Notes: a model not told the origin generated them from the sequence alone. DNA of 64,000 nucleotides from Nitrospirota bacterium (GCA_049793155.1 JBARBN010000053.1:285-64284), one strand, 5' to 3'; positions 17,247 through 25,842 are shown, numbered from the stretch's first letter. Program-made: numbers and translations.

Positions 17247-18521
17247 ATGAACGACCTCCATGTTATATCCTGGAATGTCACTAGAAGATGTAATCTTGAA
17301 TGCACCCATTGCTATCTTCCCGCGGATACGAGAAAAGAAAGTTCTGCTCTTCCCGCCGCTGACGAACTCTCCACCAAGGATGCCTTCCGGCTCATCGATC
17401 AAATTGCCGCTGTCAACCCCGAGGTCATGCTGATCCTGTCTGGAGGAGAACCCCTCCTGAGAGGGGACATTTTTGATCTATCTGCGTACGCCTCAGGTAA
17501 GGGCATGATGGTTGTTATGGGTTCCAATGGACTCCTTATTGATGACGCCGTTGCCCGCAAGCTGAAACAGGCCGGGGTCTCCGGGATAAGCATCAGTCTT
17601 GATTCAATCGACCCGATAATTCACGATGATGTCCGCTCTTGCCCGGGCGCCTGGAAAAGGGCGGTAGCGGCAATAGAGAACTGCAAGAACGCGGGATTGT
17701 CAGTGCAGATCAATACGGTTGTCACCGGCAGGAACTGTGATGAGCTGCCCGCATTGATGAACTTTTCTCAAAAACGGGGAGTAAAGGTCTTTAGCCCGTT
17801 CTTCCTGGTCTGTACCGGCAGGGGAGAAGAACTGACGGACATATCGCCGCAGCAATACGAATTGGTATTGTCCCGGATCGTCGAGTCTCAGGGAAAATAT
17901 GGCGATCTGATGATAAGGACACGGTGCGCCCCGACAATACGTCGAATTCTGTATGATAAAGATCCCGACTCATCGCTGCTCAAGATGGGCGCCGGGCGTT
18001 GTCTCGCCGGTTTGACCTATTGCCGGATCACGCCTGAAGGTGACGTGACACCCTGTCCATACCTGTCCGTTTCAACCGGAAATATCCGCGAGCGGGATTT
18101 CGGGGACATCTGGAACAACTCCAGCCTCTTCGACTCTCTGAGAAATCCTGCTCTCAAGGGCAAATGTAAAGGATGTGCCTTGCGCCTCGTCTGCGGCGGT
18201 TGCAGAGCGAGGGCCTATGAGACCTATAAAGACTACCTGGAAGAAGATCCCTGGTGCAGCTATATTCCCAATGGAGGTGAAGTGGTGAAACCACCATCGT
18301 TCGGCAAGGATAACAATGCTTCAGCAAATGGATCGATCAAGCCTCTCTGGACGGCGGAGGCGGAAGAGCGGTTGAAGAGGGTGCCCTCGTTCGTTCGCAC
18401 GATGGTAAGAAGCGCCGCGGAGCGTTACGCGATCGAGCATAATTATCAAGAGATCACCCCTGGTATGATGGAAGAACTCAAACAAAAAGCAGGGATGGGA
18501 GGAATGGGTGGACATCGATAA
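17247..18521 (+). CDS. radical SAM/SPASM protein (AhbD/NirJ-like) with a C-terminal PCP_red-like extension
   Basis: CNLECTHCY radical SAM cluster motif and SGGEPLL. A Cys-rich SPASM region (CPYL..., CKGCALRLVCGGCRARA). The C-terminal roughly 70 aa (PLWTAEAEERLKRVPSFVRTMVRSAAERYAIEHNYQEITPGMMEE) resemble the protochlorophyllide-reductase 57-kD C-terminal domain. Confidence 0.7.
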   Translation: MNDLHVISWNVTRRCNLECTHCYLPADTRKESSALPAADELSTKDAFRLIDQIAAVNPEVMLILSGGEPLLRGDIFDLSAYASGKGMMVVMGSNGLLIDDAVARKLKQAGVSGISISLDSIDPIIHDDVRSCPGAWKRAVAAIENCKNAGLSVQINTVVTGRNCDELPALMNFSQKRGVKVFSPFFLVCTGRGEELTDISPQQYELVLSRIVESQGKYGDLMIRTRCAPTIRRILYDKDPDSSLLKMGAGRCLAGLTYCRITPEGDVTPCPYLSVSTGNIRERDFGDIWNNSSLFDSLRNPALKGKCKGCALRLVCGGCRARAYETYKDYLEEDPWCSYIPNGGEVVKPPSFGKDNNASANGSIKPLWTAEAEERLKRVPSFVRTMVRSAAERYAIEHNYQEITPGMMEELKQKAGMGGMGGHR

Positions 18522-18528
18522 GATATTA

Positions 18529-18783
18529 ATGGAGAGCGAAAGGATCTTTTTAAACAGGGCTGCAAAGCGAAAGACCCTTTTTTTGGCATCCAGCATTGCC
18601 ACGGTCGTCGTGGCACTGTCATTCCTCGCGTATCATGGCCTGATCGCCAGGGACATGAGCGGGCCCCGGTTCGTCATTATTCTACTTCTTCTGCTGTCCG
18701 GTCGTTCGTATCTGAGACTCTACAAGTGCGCGGTGATTTTCAGCAAAATAAAGCCAAGGCCGGAGATACAAGGGTCAAATTAA
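18529..18783 (+). CDS. small hypothetical membrane protein (2 TM)
   Basis: The ATG lies 8 nt after the radical SAM stop. There are two hydrophobic helices and no recognisable family. An alternative GTG start exists at 18508. Confidence 0.35.
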   Translation: MESERIFLNRAAKRKTLFLASSIATVVVALSFLAYHGLIARDMSGPRFVIILLLLLSGRSYLRLYKCAVIFSKIKPRPEIQGSN

Positions 18784-18904
18784 AACCGGTCGGTTTATTT
18801 GACAGTGATTTGCATGGATACAATTATGATCTATCACGGGTTATAAGCCGCCCTCGTCCCTGTCAGAGCCCCTGTTTTCGGAGCGCATGGTTTTAACATC
18901 TTAT

Positions 18905-19348
18905 ATGAAAAAGATAATTATTCTGATAGTATTAGCGCTGATCATCGTTACCTTTTATTGGTTGACGAGTGGAACAGAAACAATACCGGAAGCAAAGATA
19001 GCAGCGATAATGAAATATTTAAATACGGTGATTATTGATACGCTGGAAAAGGACTATCAAAGGCATAACATAACCATTGCCGTTTTGGTGTCGGATTTAA
19101 CCGTAGACAAGATCACGAAAAAAGAAACCAGCGAATTTATTTTGTATACCGCGTACGGCAAGGTCACTTATATCATAATAGGGAAGAGAACGTGGCTGGA
19201 TAAGGAAGGGAACCTGATACGGCTGGATCCTGAGCAGAACATAACTCACTGGTTCAGCTGCGACATTCGTGAAGATAAATATGGCGAACTTTACAGCGAC
19301 AAATCCAGAATTCCGCTTACCTTGTATGCTGATAATCCCTTGAAGTAA
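18905..19348 (+). CDS. hypothetical N-terminally anchored protein
   Basis: MKKIIILIVLALIIVTFYWL anchor. The composition is markedly AT-rich compared with neighbours. No recognisable family. Confidence 0.45.
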   Translation: MKKIIILIVLALIIVTFYWLTSGTETIPEAKIAAIMKYLNTVIIDTLEKDYQRHNITIAVLVSDLTVDKITKKETSEFILYTAYGKVTYIIIGKRTWLDKEGNLIRLDPEQNITHWFSCDIREDKYGELYSDKSRIPLTLYADNPLK

Positions 19349-19437
19349 TGTGGTCCGATCTCCATTGTTGCACAATGCCATTTGCCTTGTCTGTGATTCT
19401 GAAAAAAAAATAATTCCAACAGTACGGGAGGGAACCA

Positions 19438-19779
19438 ATGAGTGAGAAACAAGACGATCGAGACGAGAGCGGCAGCCGAGGGTCGCGGGTTGTCGGACAC
19501 ATTGCAAAGTGGACCCTCATCATCATCGCATTTGCGCTGGTACTGGGTATCCTTGTGCAATTGCTCTGGAATTGGCTGATGCCAGCTCTATTCGGGCTTG
19601 GGAAGATCAATACGGTTCAGGGTATCGGGTTGATACTTTTGTCCCGAATCCTTTTTGGACGAATGGGGCAGCGTCGCGAGCATGCCGGATACCTTACCGG
19701 CAAATATGGTTTTAGAAGCCCTGCATGGCTCGGACGCGGCGCCAGGGAGGATACGGCAAAAGACACCATTGATGCGTGA
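19438..19779 (+). CDS. hypothetical small membrane protein
   Basis: 113 aa. Charged N-terminus, two TM helices (WTLIIIAFALVLGILVQLLW, GIGLILLSRILFG) and a GGGAGG RBS. Confidence 0.45.
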   Translation: MSEKQDDRDESGSRGSRVVGHIAKWTLIIIAFALVLGILVQLLWNWLMPALFGLGKINTVQGIGLILLSRILFGRMGQRREHAGYLTGKYGFRSPAWLGRGAREDTAKDTIDA

Positions 19780-19803
19780 CCGCAAAAACGCAATTTGTAT
19801 GCT

Positions 19804-19829
19804 ATACTGTCCGCTATAGCGGACAGTAT
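19804..19829. repeat. perfect 26-bp palindrome (terminator hairpin and/or operator)
   Basis: atactgtccgcta|tagcggacagtat. It lies 25 nt after the stop at 19779 and about 170 nt upstream of the porin gene. Confidence 0.6.
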
Positions 19830-19996
19830 TTAATGAGTAAATATCATTCTTGCCTAAAATTCTAATTTGAGTGCGAGCCTTAGCATGGTTTCCGAATGCG
19901 CCTCAGATTCTGATCTACAACGTCGGGTTCACGGAAGTTCTAGAAACAAATTGCATGATGGAAAGTTATGACATATCGTGAAGGGAGGCAGGACCA

Positions 19997-21217
19997 ATGA
20001 GGTTATCAATGCGGTATAGTTGTGCTTTAGCTGCGCTGTTGTTATTAGGCCTCGGTGATGCAACAACTGCATCGGCTGTAGTCGTCGAAGGAAGAAGTTC
20101 CACGGAGCTTCTGTGGTACAACGATATTGTCGATGGCAGCAAGCAGACGGAGGCCGCGGAGTTGCTCAGGGTCTCGATCAGCGGTATCGACAACGGCAAC
20201 AAACTGTCCATCAAGGGGTACGGCAAACTCGATTATGATTTGAAGCACGGCGGTGATCTGGAAAATCGATTGTATTATTTATATGCCGACTACAAGGGTT
20301 TCATGGACAAGGCCGATATCAAACTGGGACGGCAGTTTGTGAACCTGTCAGCCGGCAGCGCTCTTCTGGACGGCATCGAGGCGGACATCAACAAGATCGG
20401 CCCCGTTGGTTTCGTGATCACGGGGGGGCGGGACGTCATTTTCGGTGAAGAAAAGGAGTTGGCGAGCCATCTCTATTCTTACGGCGCTCAGGCGTACCTC
20501 ACCGGCCCTCAGATGACCTATCTTGATATCAGCTACTATCGTGCTTACGATTATGGCGATATCGCCCGGGATATCATCGGCAGCAGCTACAAGCAATATT
20601 TTTTCAATCTCGTCAAAGCATACGCGAATGCCAGGTATGATCTCACGAGCAAGTCGTTCAACGAGGTCCTTGCGGGACTCAAGTATTTCCCGACGCTGAA
20701 CCTGATGCTGACCGCTGAGCATTATGAAAGTTACCCTACGTTTGATACGACCTCCATATATTCGGTATTTGCCGTCGATAAGTTCAAGGAGAATTTATTC
20801 AGGGCAGAATATACGCTGGCTGCATGGGTCGATATCAGCCTTGCCTTCAGCCATGAGAGCGTCGGTGAGGGCGGCCAAGCGAAATTGTACGAGGCAGGGT
20901 TGAGGTTCAGGCCTTCGATGAACACGACGATTGGCGTCTTCCACGACAAACGCAATGGATATCCCGGGGACCTTGACGGATATAAGATCTACGCTGAATA
21001 CAGCGCCATGGGAAAATGGAAGGCCGCAGGGGGCATTGACTATGATGCCTATGAACGGGACGACATGACCGGCCAGGAGACTGCACGCAAATACTGGGTC
21101 GGTGGAAAGTATGTTTTTGCAAAAAATATGGCCAGCTCGATTCGTTTGGAGGACGATGTCAATGTCAACTATACGAAAGACATACAGGGCAGGCTTACCT
21201 TTGATGTTGATTTCTAA
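19997..21217 (+). CDS. putative outer-membrane beta-barrel porin of a porin-cytochrome conduit
   Basis: Signal peptide ...GDATTASA. 406 aa with alternating hydrophobic and aromatic strands, many Y/G/D turns, and a C-terminal ...RLTFDVDF. The nonaheme gene starts 17 nt downstream. Confidence 0.6.
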   Translation: MRLSMRYSCALAALLLLGLGDATTASAVVVEGRSSTELLWYNDIVDGSKQTEAAELLRVSISGIDNGNKLSIKGYGKLDYDLKHGGDLENRLYYLYADYKGFMDKADIKLGRQFVNLSAGSALLDGIEADINKIGPVGFVITGGRDVIFGEEKELASHLYSYGAQAYLTGPQMTYLDISYYRAYDYGDIARDIIGSSYKQYFFNLVKAYANARYDLTSKSFNEVLAGLKYFPTLNLMLTAEHYESYPTFDTTSIYSVFAVDKFKENLFRAEYTLAAWVDISLAFSHESVGEGGQAKLYEAGLRFRPSMNTTIGVFHDKRNGYPGDLDGYKIYAEYSAMGKWKAAGGIDYDAYERDDMTGQETARKYWVGGKYVFAKNMASSIRLEDDVNVNYTKDIQGRLTFDVDF

Positions 21218-21233
21218 TGAAAGGGGAGCATCC

Positions 21234-22307
21234 ATGAAGAAATTGCTCATATTGGCAATGGTGATAGTTATTGCTTCGGCGGTGGTTGCATTTGCCGCTC
21301 ATAATCCAGGCATAACTGCGCAGACGGAATCTCCTGCAGCACAACCGGCGTCGCCTCCCGGAGATCAGTCATCAGCGACTCCTGCAGAACCGGCGCCCCA
21401 GACGGAAGCATCTGCTCCGGCAACACCCGCTCCGGTGGAACCTGCTCCGGCGACACCTGCTCCAGCAGCGTCTGCTCCGGTGGCACCTGCTACGACAGCT
21501 CCTGCTCCACAACAGGAGGCCTCTCCGGCGCCGGCCTGGCAACCGGCTACTTCGGCGACATCCACGGCTGCTTCAACTGCGCCGCCTGCAGGGTTCATGG
21601 TTCAGCAAATGTCCCATAAAGATTTTGCGAAAATGGACTTAAAAGAGTGCACGAAATGCCATAAAGGTTCAGGCGTTGCACCGACTCACGGGTCAGATCA
21701 GATGAGGGAACACAGTTTCCTCGCACGCCGAGCCGGAAAGAACTGTACGGACTGTCATAACCAGCAGTTCTGTTTAGATTGTCACAAGGGCGGCGGCATT
21801 GACGCGGATCTGAGCGTCTCGAATTATCGTACGAGCTACGTACCCAAAACCCACCGGACCGATTTCCGGGAGATCCATCCCATAAAGGCACTGGACAATC
21901 CGCAGTCCTGCTACCGGTGCCACGACGCGAAATACTGTTCAGAGTGCCATGCCAAGTTCAAGGGAGATGATCTCAGGATACAGTCTCACCGCAGGGCGTG
22001 GTCTGACCTTCAAGCAGGAAATCCGGGCCCTGCCCACGCTTCATTTACCGCGGACCAGTGCCAGACCTGCCATCCGGGCGGGCTTCTTCCAAAGCATGTA
22101 TGGTCTGCTGACCATGCGCAGGAGGCGCGGAGGAACCTGCAGGCATGCCAGACCTGTCACAGTGACGGCGATGTATGCATGACCTGTCACAGCGCCCGGC
22201 GCGGCCTCATGGTCAATCCTCATCCCAGGGGATGGGACTCTGTGAAGGGCAGATATAGCAAGAAGAGCGGCGGTCGAAGCTGTCAAAAGTGTCATGATAC
22301 TTATTAA
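21234..22307 (+). CDS. periplasmic nonaheme c-type cytochrome with an N-terminal Pro/Ala-rich spacer
   Basis: Signal peptide MKKLLILAMVIVIASAVVAFA. About 100 aa of P/A/T/S low complexity. Nine CxxCH motifs (CTKCH, CTDCH, CLDCH, CYRCH, CSECH, CQTCH, CQTCH, CMTCH, CQKCH) in about 235 aa. An AGGGGAG RBS precedes the start. Confidence 0.85.
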   Translation: MKKLLILAMVIVIASAVVAFAAHNPGITAQTESPAAQPASPPGDQSSATPAEPAPQTEASAPATPAPVEPAPATPAPAASAPVAPATTAPAPQQEASPAPAWQPATSATSTAASTAPPAGFMVQQMSHKDFAKMDLKECTKCHKGSGVAPTHGSDQMREHSFLARRAGKNCTDCHNQQFCLDCHKGGGIDADLSVSNYRTSYVPKTHRTDFREIHPIKALDNPQSCYRCHDAKYCSECHAKFKGDDLRIQSHRRAWSDLQAGNPGPAHASFTADQCQTCHPGGLLPKHVWSADHAQEARRNLQACQTCHSDGDVCMTCHSARRGLMVNPHPRGWDSVKGRYSKKSGGRSCQKCHDTY

Positions 22308-22405
22308 CGACGGGCCATATTGAATCGATATGAATAACACCTGAGGGAATAGGGAGTCACGAAGAATCATGATTGCCATCCCATCAAAGCAAGGAGGATC
22401 GCAAA

Positions 22406-24604
22406 ATGTTTAAACGATTCGGGATCATTTTTGGGTTACTAACGATTTTACCAGCCTTGTTTCTCGTTTATGGATGCGGAAACAGCAAGCGAGAGTCGGC
22501 GGGCGAAGCTCCCATCGCAGCGGTGAGCGCTGCCGGAAATATCCAGGCCAATATTACCGGTGCGGTGGTTTCCGCTACGACCGGCAGTTTGGTCGTCACA
22601 TTCACCCTGTTTGATGAAAAGGGGTCGGCATTGGATCCTGCGGATGCCACTATTAACGGGAAAAGCTTCGTTATAGCCCAGCTCGGCGCTGACGGTGAGT
22701 ACCATGATCCGATCCGCAATTCAAGTAGACAGCCCACGGCTGATTCGGGAGGCACGTTTGCCGGATCAGGTGGCACCTACACCTATGCCTTCGGCAAGAA
22801 CATCACAACGCTGCCCGGGTATGATGCCACGAAAACGTATACCGTGGCCGCCTATATCGGAAGAACCATTTCGAACGTAGTCGGCTCGCCCTTTCGGCAG
22901 ATATCCAATCCGCGATTTGACTTCAGGCCCGATGGTACAGCGGCAACGGATCACCGGGAGATCGTTGCCATTGATGCCTGCAATGAGTGCCACGGTAAGC
23001 TCACCGCCCATGAGGGCAACCGGATGGATGTCCCCCTTTGTATCCTCTGCCACAATCCAGGCGAGATCGATACCGATACCGGCAATACGATCGATTTCAA
23101 AGCAATGATCCACAAGATACACATGGGAAGCAAACTGCCCAGCAATACAAGGGGTGGCGCTTACGGCATCATCGGATTTGGCAATGCACAGCACGACTTC
23201 TCAAAGGTTGTCTATCCGCAGATGTCCGGGGATACCCAAACAGATAATGCTCCTGTTGATTGCGTCAAATGCCACCGGCTCGGTACAGACACGAACGGTA
23301 AAGCGTACGGCAAAGATGTTGATAAGTGGAAAACGAAACCAAGCATAGAGACATGCACCGGGTGCCACGATGTGTACACCTTTGATGGCATTACAAGCTC
23401 AGTGACAGTCACGACGTTTGCAGGGGTCGTCACCTCCGTGACGGCTTCAGCTCACTCCGGCGGCGTACAGCCGCTGGATAGCTCCACCTGTGCGGTGTGC
23501 CATACGGGCACAGGAGACGATGCATATGCATCCATCTCGGTTCCCGCGGTTCATACGATCCCGATCAAGTCGAGCCTTAATCCGGGACTCGTTTTTAGTA
23601 TTGTTTCCGCAACCGGTATTGCATCGGGTTTGACGCCGTCGGTCACCTTTACCATTACAGACAAGACGGGGGCCAATGCCGTTATGGTGCTTGGCGACCG
23701 TACGGATGTGATCATGGGGTACATGACCGGTATTGAGTATGACAATACGCTGGCAAATTGGATTTTCGGTCAGAGCACGGTTCAGGGAAAAGCGGCGAAT
23801 GCCTTCTCAACATCCGTCACGACAACGGCGAATGCAGACGGATCCTATACGGTCTCCTATGATAGGCCCTGGTATGTGCCGTCTGCCACGAAATTGAAAC
23901 CAGTACTGCCGCCAAGCGGCGTTGTTACGTTCGCCGTATATGGCGGGAAAGCAGTAACGATCCCGGCTGCCAATACAGCGCATCGAGTGGCCGCTGGGAC
24001 AAGCAAGGTCACCATGACTTCAACCTCGGTTGCGATCAACTACTATGATATCGCGACCGGTTTGACCGCAACTCCGGCACAACAGCGCCGGCAGGTGGTC
24101 TCAACTGAGCTCTGTAATGTCTGTCATTTGCAACTTGCATTCCACGGCCGGAGGACAGAAACTCAGCTCTGCGTAATGTGCCATGGCCCGAATCTTACTT
24201 ATTTAGCGCCATCGAGCAGCCCCTCACCCGGCTACTCGGGCAATTTGAAGGATTTTGTTCATGGCATCCACGGGGCGACAACTTCAACTACTGTTTTCAG
24301 AGGAGTGGAAGTCGCAGAAATTCCGAATGATCCGAGGAAATGCAGTATCTGTCACCTCAATAATTCCCAATTGTTGCCGCTGCCCGTGGGGGTAAAGGGC
24401 TCACTCAAAACAGGAACAACCGGAACGTCTTTGGATGGTACGCCGGTGTTAACGATAAAAGCCGCATGCGTGGCGTGCCATGAAAACCCCTTGACAGCAA
24501 CACACGCAGACAGTAAAGTTATTTCCGGAAGTGAAACCTGTGTGGTCTGCCATGGGACAGGATTACTCATGGGTGTAGATGCTGTTCATTTGCCGGCTAA
24601 TTAG
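22406..24604 (+). CDS. lipoprotein decaheme c-type cytochrome with MtrC/OmcA-like four-domain layout
   Basis: Lipobox LVYGC. Ten CxxCH motifs sit in two groups of five (nt 22977-23504 and nt 24113-24553). Each group is preceded by a roughly 190-200-aa heme-free, Thr/Ser/Val-rich region. An AAGGAGGA RBS precedes the start. Confidence 0.8.
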   Translation: MFKRFGIIFGLLTILPALFLVYGCGNSKRESAGEAPIAAVSAAGNIQANITGAVVSATTGSLVVTFTLFDEKGSALDPADATINGKSFVIAQLGADGEYHDPIRNSSRQPTADSGGTFAGSGGTYTYAFGKNITTLPGYDATKTYTVAAYIGRTISNVVGSPFRQISNPRFDFRPDGTAATDHREIVAIDACNECHGKLTAHEGNRMDVPLCILCHNPGEIDTDTGNTIDFKAMIHKIHMGSKLPSNTRGGAYGIIGFGNAQHDFSKVVYPQMSGDTQTDNAPVDCVKCHRLGTDTNGKAYGKDVDKWKTKPSIETCTGCHDVYTFDGITSSVTVTTFAGVVTSVTASAHSGGVQPLDSSTCAVCHTGTGDDAYASISVPAVHTIPIKSSLNPGLVFSIVSATGIASGLTPSVTFTITDKTGANAVMVLGDRTDVIMGYMTGIEYDNTLANWIFGQSTVQGKAANAFSTSVTTTANADGSYTVSYDRPWYVPSATKLKPVLPPSGVVTFAVYGGKAVTIPAANTAHRVAAGTSKVTMTSTSVAINYYDIATGLTATPAQQRRQVVSTELCNVCHLQLAFHGRRTETQLCVMCHGPNLTYLAPSSSPSPGYSGNLKDFVHGIHGATTSTTVFRGVEVAEIPNDPRKCSICHLNNSQLLPLPVGVKGSLKTGTTGTSLDGTPVLTIKAACVACHENPLTATHADSKVISGSETCVVCHGTGLLMGVDAVHLPAN

Positions 24605-24630
24605 GTCTGTTTGGAAAAGTAATCTGATAG

Positions 24631-24664
24631 AAAAAGGCCCCGGAAAAATCCGGGGCCTTTTAAT
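24631..24664. terminator. bidirectional rho-independent terminator
   Basis: aaaaa-ggccccgg-aaaaat-ccggggcc-ttttaattt, lying between convergent genes. Confidence 0.85.
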
Positions 24665-24696
24665 TTAAAATAACGCAACGTCGATTTATCTAAGAT

Positions 24697-25764
24697 CTAT
24701 TTCAAGGTAATCGCTTTCTCAGGACACATTTCCTGACAGCAAAAGCACGCGATACACGTTCTGGCATCCACCTGGGGGATTTCATCAATCATGGACAAAG
24801 CAGACACCGGACAGTGGTCAATGCAGGTACCGCAGCCGGTGCACTTTGCAGCATCCGCTTGTGGGCGGAGGATGGTTAGACTGTGTATCATCGACTGCAT
24901 GGTTTCGTTGCGCTGGAGCGCTTCTCCGCCCAAGGGAGGCAGCTTGAAATCGGGTAGCCGTTTCAACTCTCCAATGACTTCAATCGTGTTCAGCTCATAG
25001 TTGCCCAGACCTGCCTCCTTCGCTATCTGAAGGAAACGCAACCGGCCCGGTTCACACCCCATAATCGTTGCAATCACAGCGTCAACGGCCACGGCATTGT
25101 CAGAGGCGAGGATCAGTTCGATATTTCTGAGGTCAGGTGAGGCTGGTCCGTTGCCCTCCATACCGACTACAGCGTCTACGATGAACAGGTCCGGCACCCT
25201 GAGCCGGAAGACATCAACGATAACCTCATGGAATCGTGCAGGACTGCCGGCAGCCTTGTGAAGCATGGCTTTCTGGGCACCAGGTAAAATACCATAACTA
25301 TTTTTTATCGCTCCGGTCAGAACAGTCAAACCATGGGTCTTGAATTTTGGCAGGCTGATGAAAATATCGGCGTCCATGACTGCGCGGGATACGCTTACGG
25401 CCGGCATGAATTTGGCATTGAAATCTACCTTTAGGGAATCGTTGCCGATGTTTTGATAGTGCCCCCCTGCTGCTTCCATAAGGCCCGTTATTGTGAAGCT
25501 TTCCTCATTCGCCCCATAGCTGAACAGACCTGGATTGTCACCCACCACGATAGAGGCGGGACCCATCGTCTCCACCTTGTCGACGACGGCGCGAAGAACG
25601 GCAGGATTGGTGACGATGCTTTCATTTGCCATCGAAGTACGAAGTACGTTCGGCTTTATCAAGATCTTCTTCTCCTGTATCGTTAAGGGAAAAAGGTCGA
25701 AAGCCCGGTCAACCGCTTGACGGACATTTTCATAGGTAGAAGGATGGATCATGACCCTTGACAT
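24697..25764 (-). CDS. DUF362 domain protein with a C-terminal 2x[4Fe-4S] ferredoxin domain
   Basis: 355 aa. The DUF362-like body (ILIKPNV..., GDNPG...) is followed by CTGCGTCIDHCP and CIACFCCQEMCP. Confidence 0.75.
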   Translation of the reverse strand: MSRVMIHPSTYENVRQAVDRAFDLFPLTIQEKKILIKPNVLRTSMANESIVTNPAVLRAVVDKVETMGPASIVVGDNPGLFSYGANEESFTITGLMEAAGGHYQNIGNDSLKVDFNAKFMPAVSVSRAVMDADIFISLPKFKTHGLTVLTGAIKNSYGILPGAQKAMLHKAAGSPARFHEVIVDVFRLRVPDLFIVDAVVGMEGNGPASPDLRNIELILASDNAVAVDAVIATIMGCEPGRLRFLQIAKEAGLGNYELNTIEVIGELKRLPDFKLPPLGGEALQRNETMQSMIHSLTILRPQADAAKCTGCGTCIDHCPVSALSMIDEIPQVDARTCIACFCCQEMCPEKAITLK

Positions 25765-25842
25765 AAATTAATCTTCGCTCTCGACATAAGTTCAACGAGG
25801 CATTTCCTCAGACAGATGAAGTAAAAATAAAAAAATTGAAAC

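Noticed and set aside
21268-21598. Gly/Ala/Val-rich minus-strand ORFs, and the possibility that the repetitive DNA is a VNTR or CRISPR-like array
   Set aside because: They are the reverse reading of the Pro/Ala-rich linker of the nonaheme cytochrome. The repeats are short, imperfect and in-frame coding, with no spacer structure.
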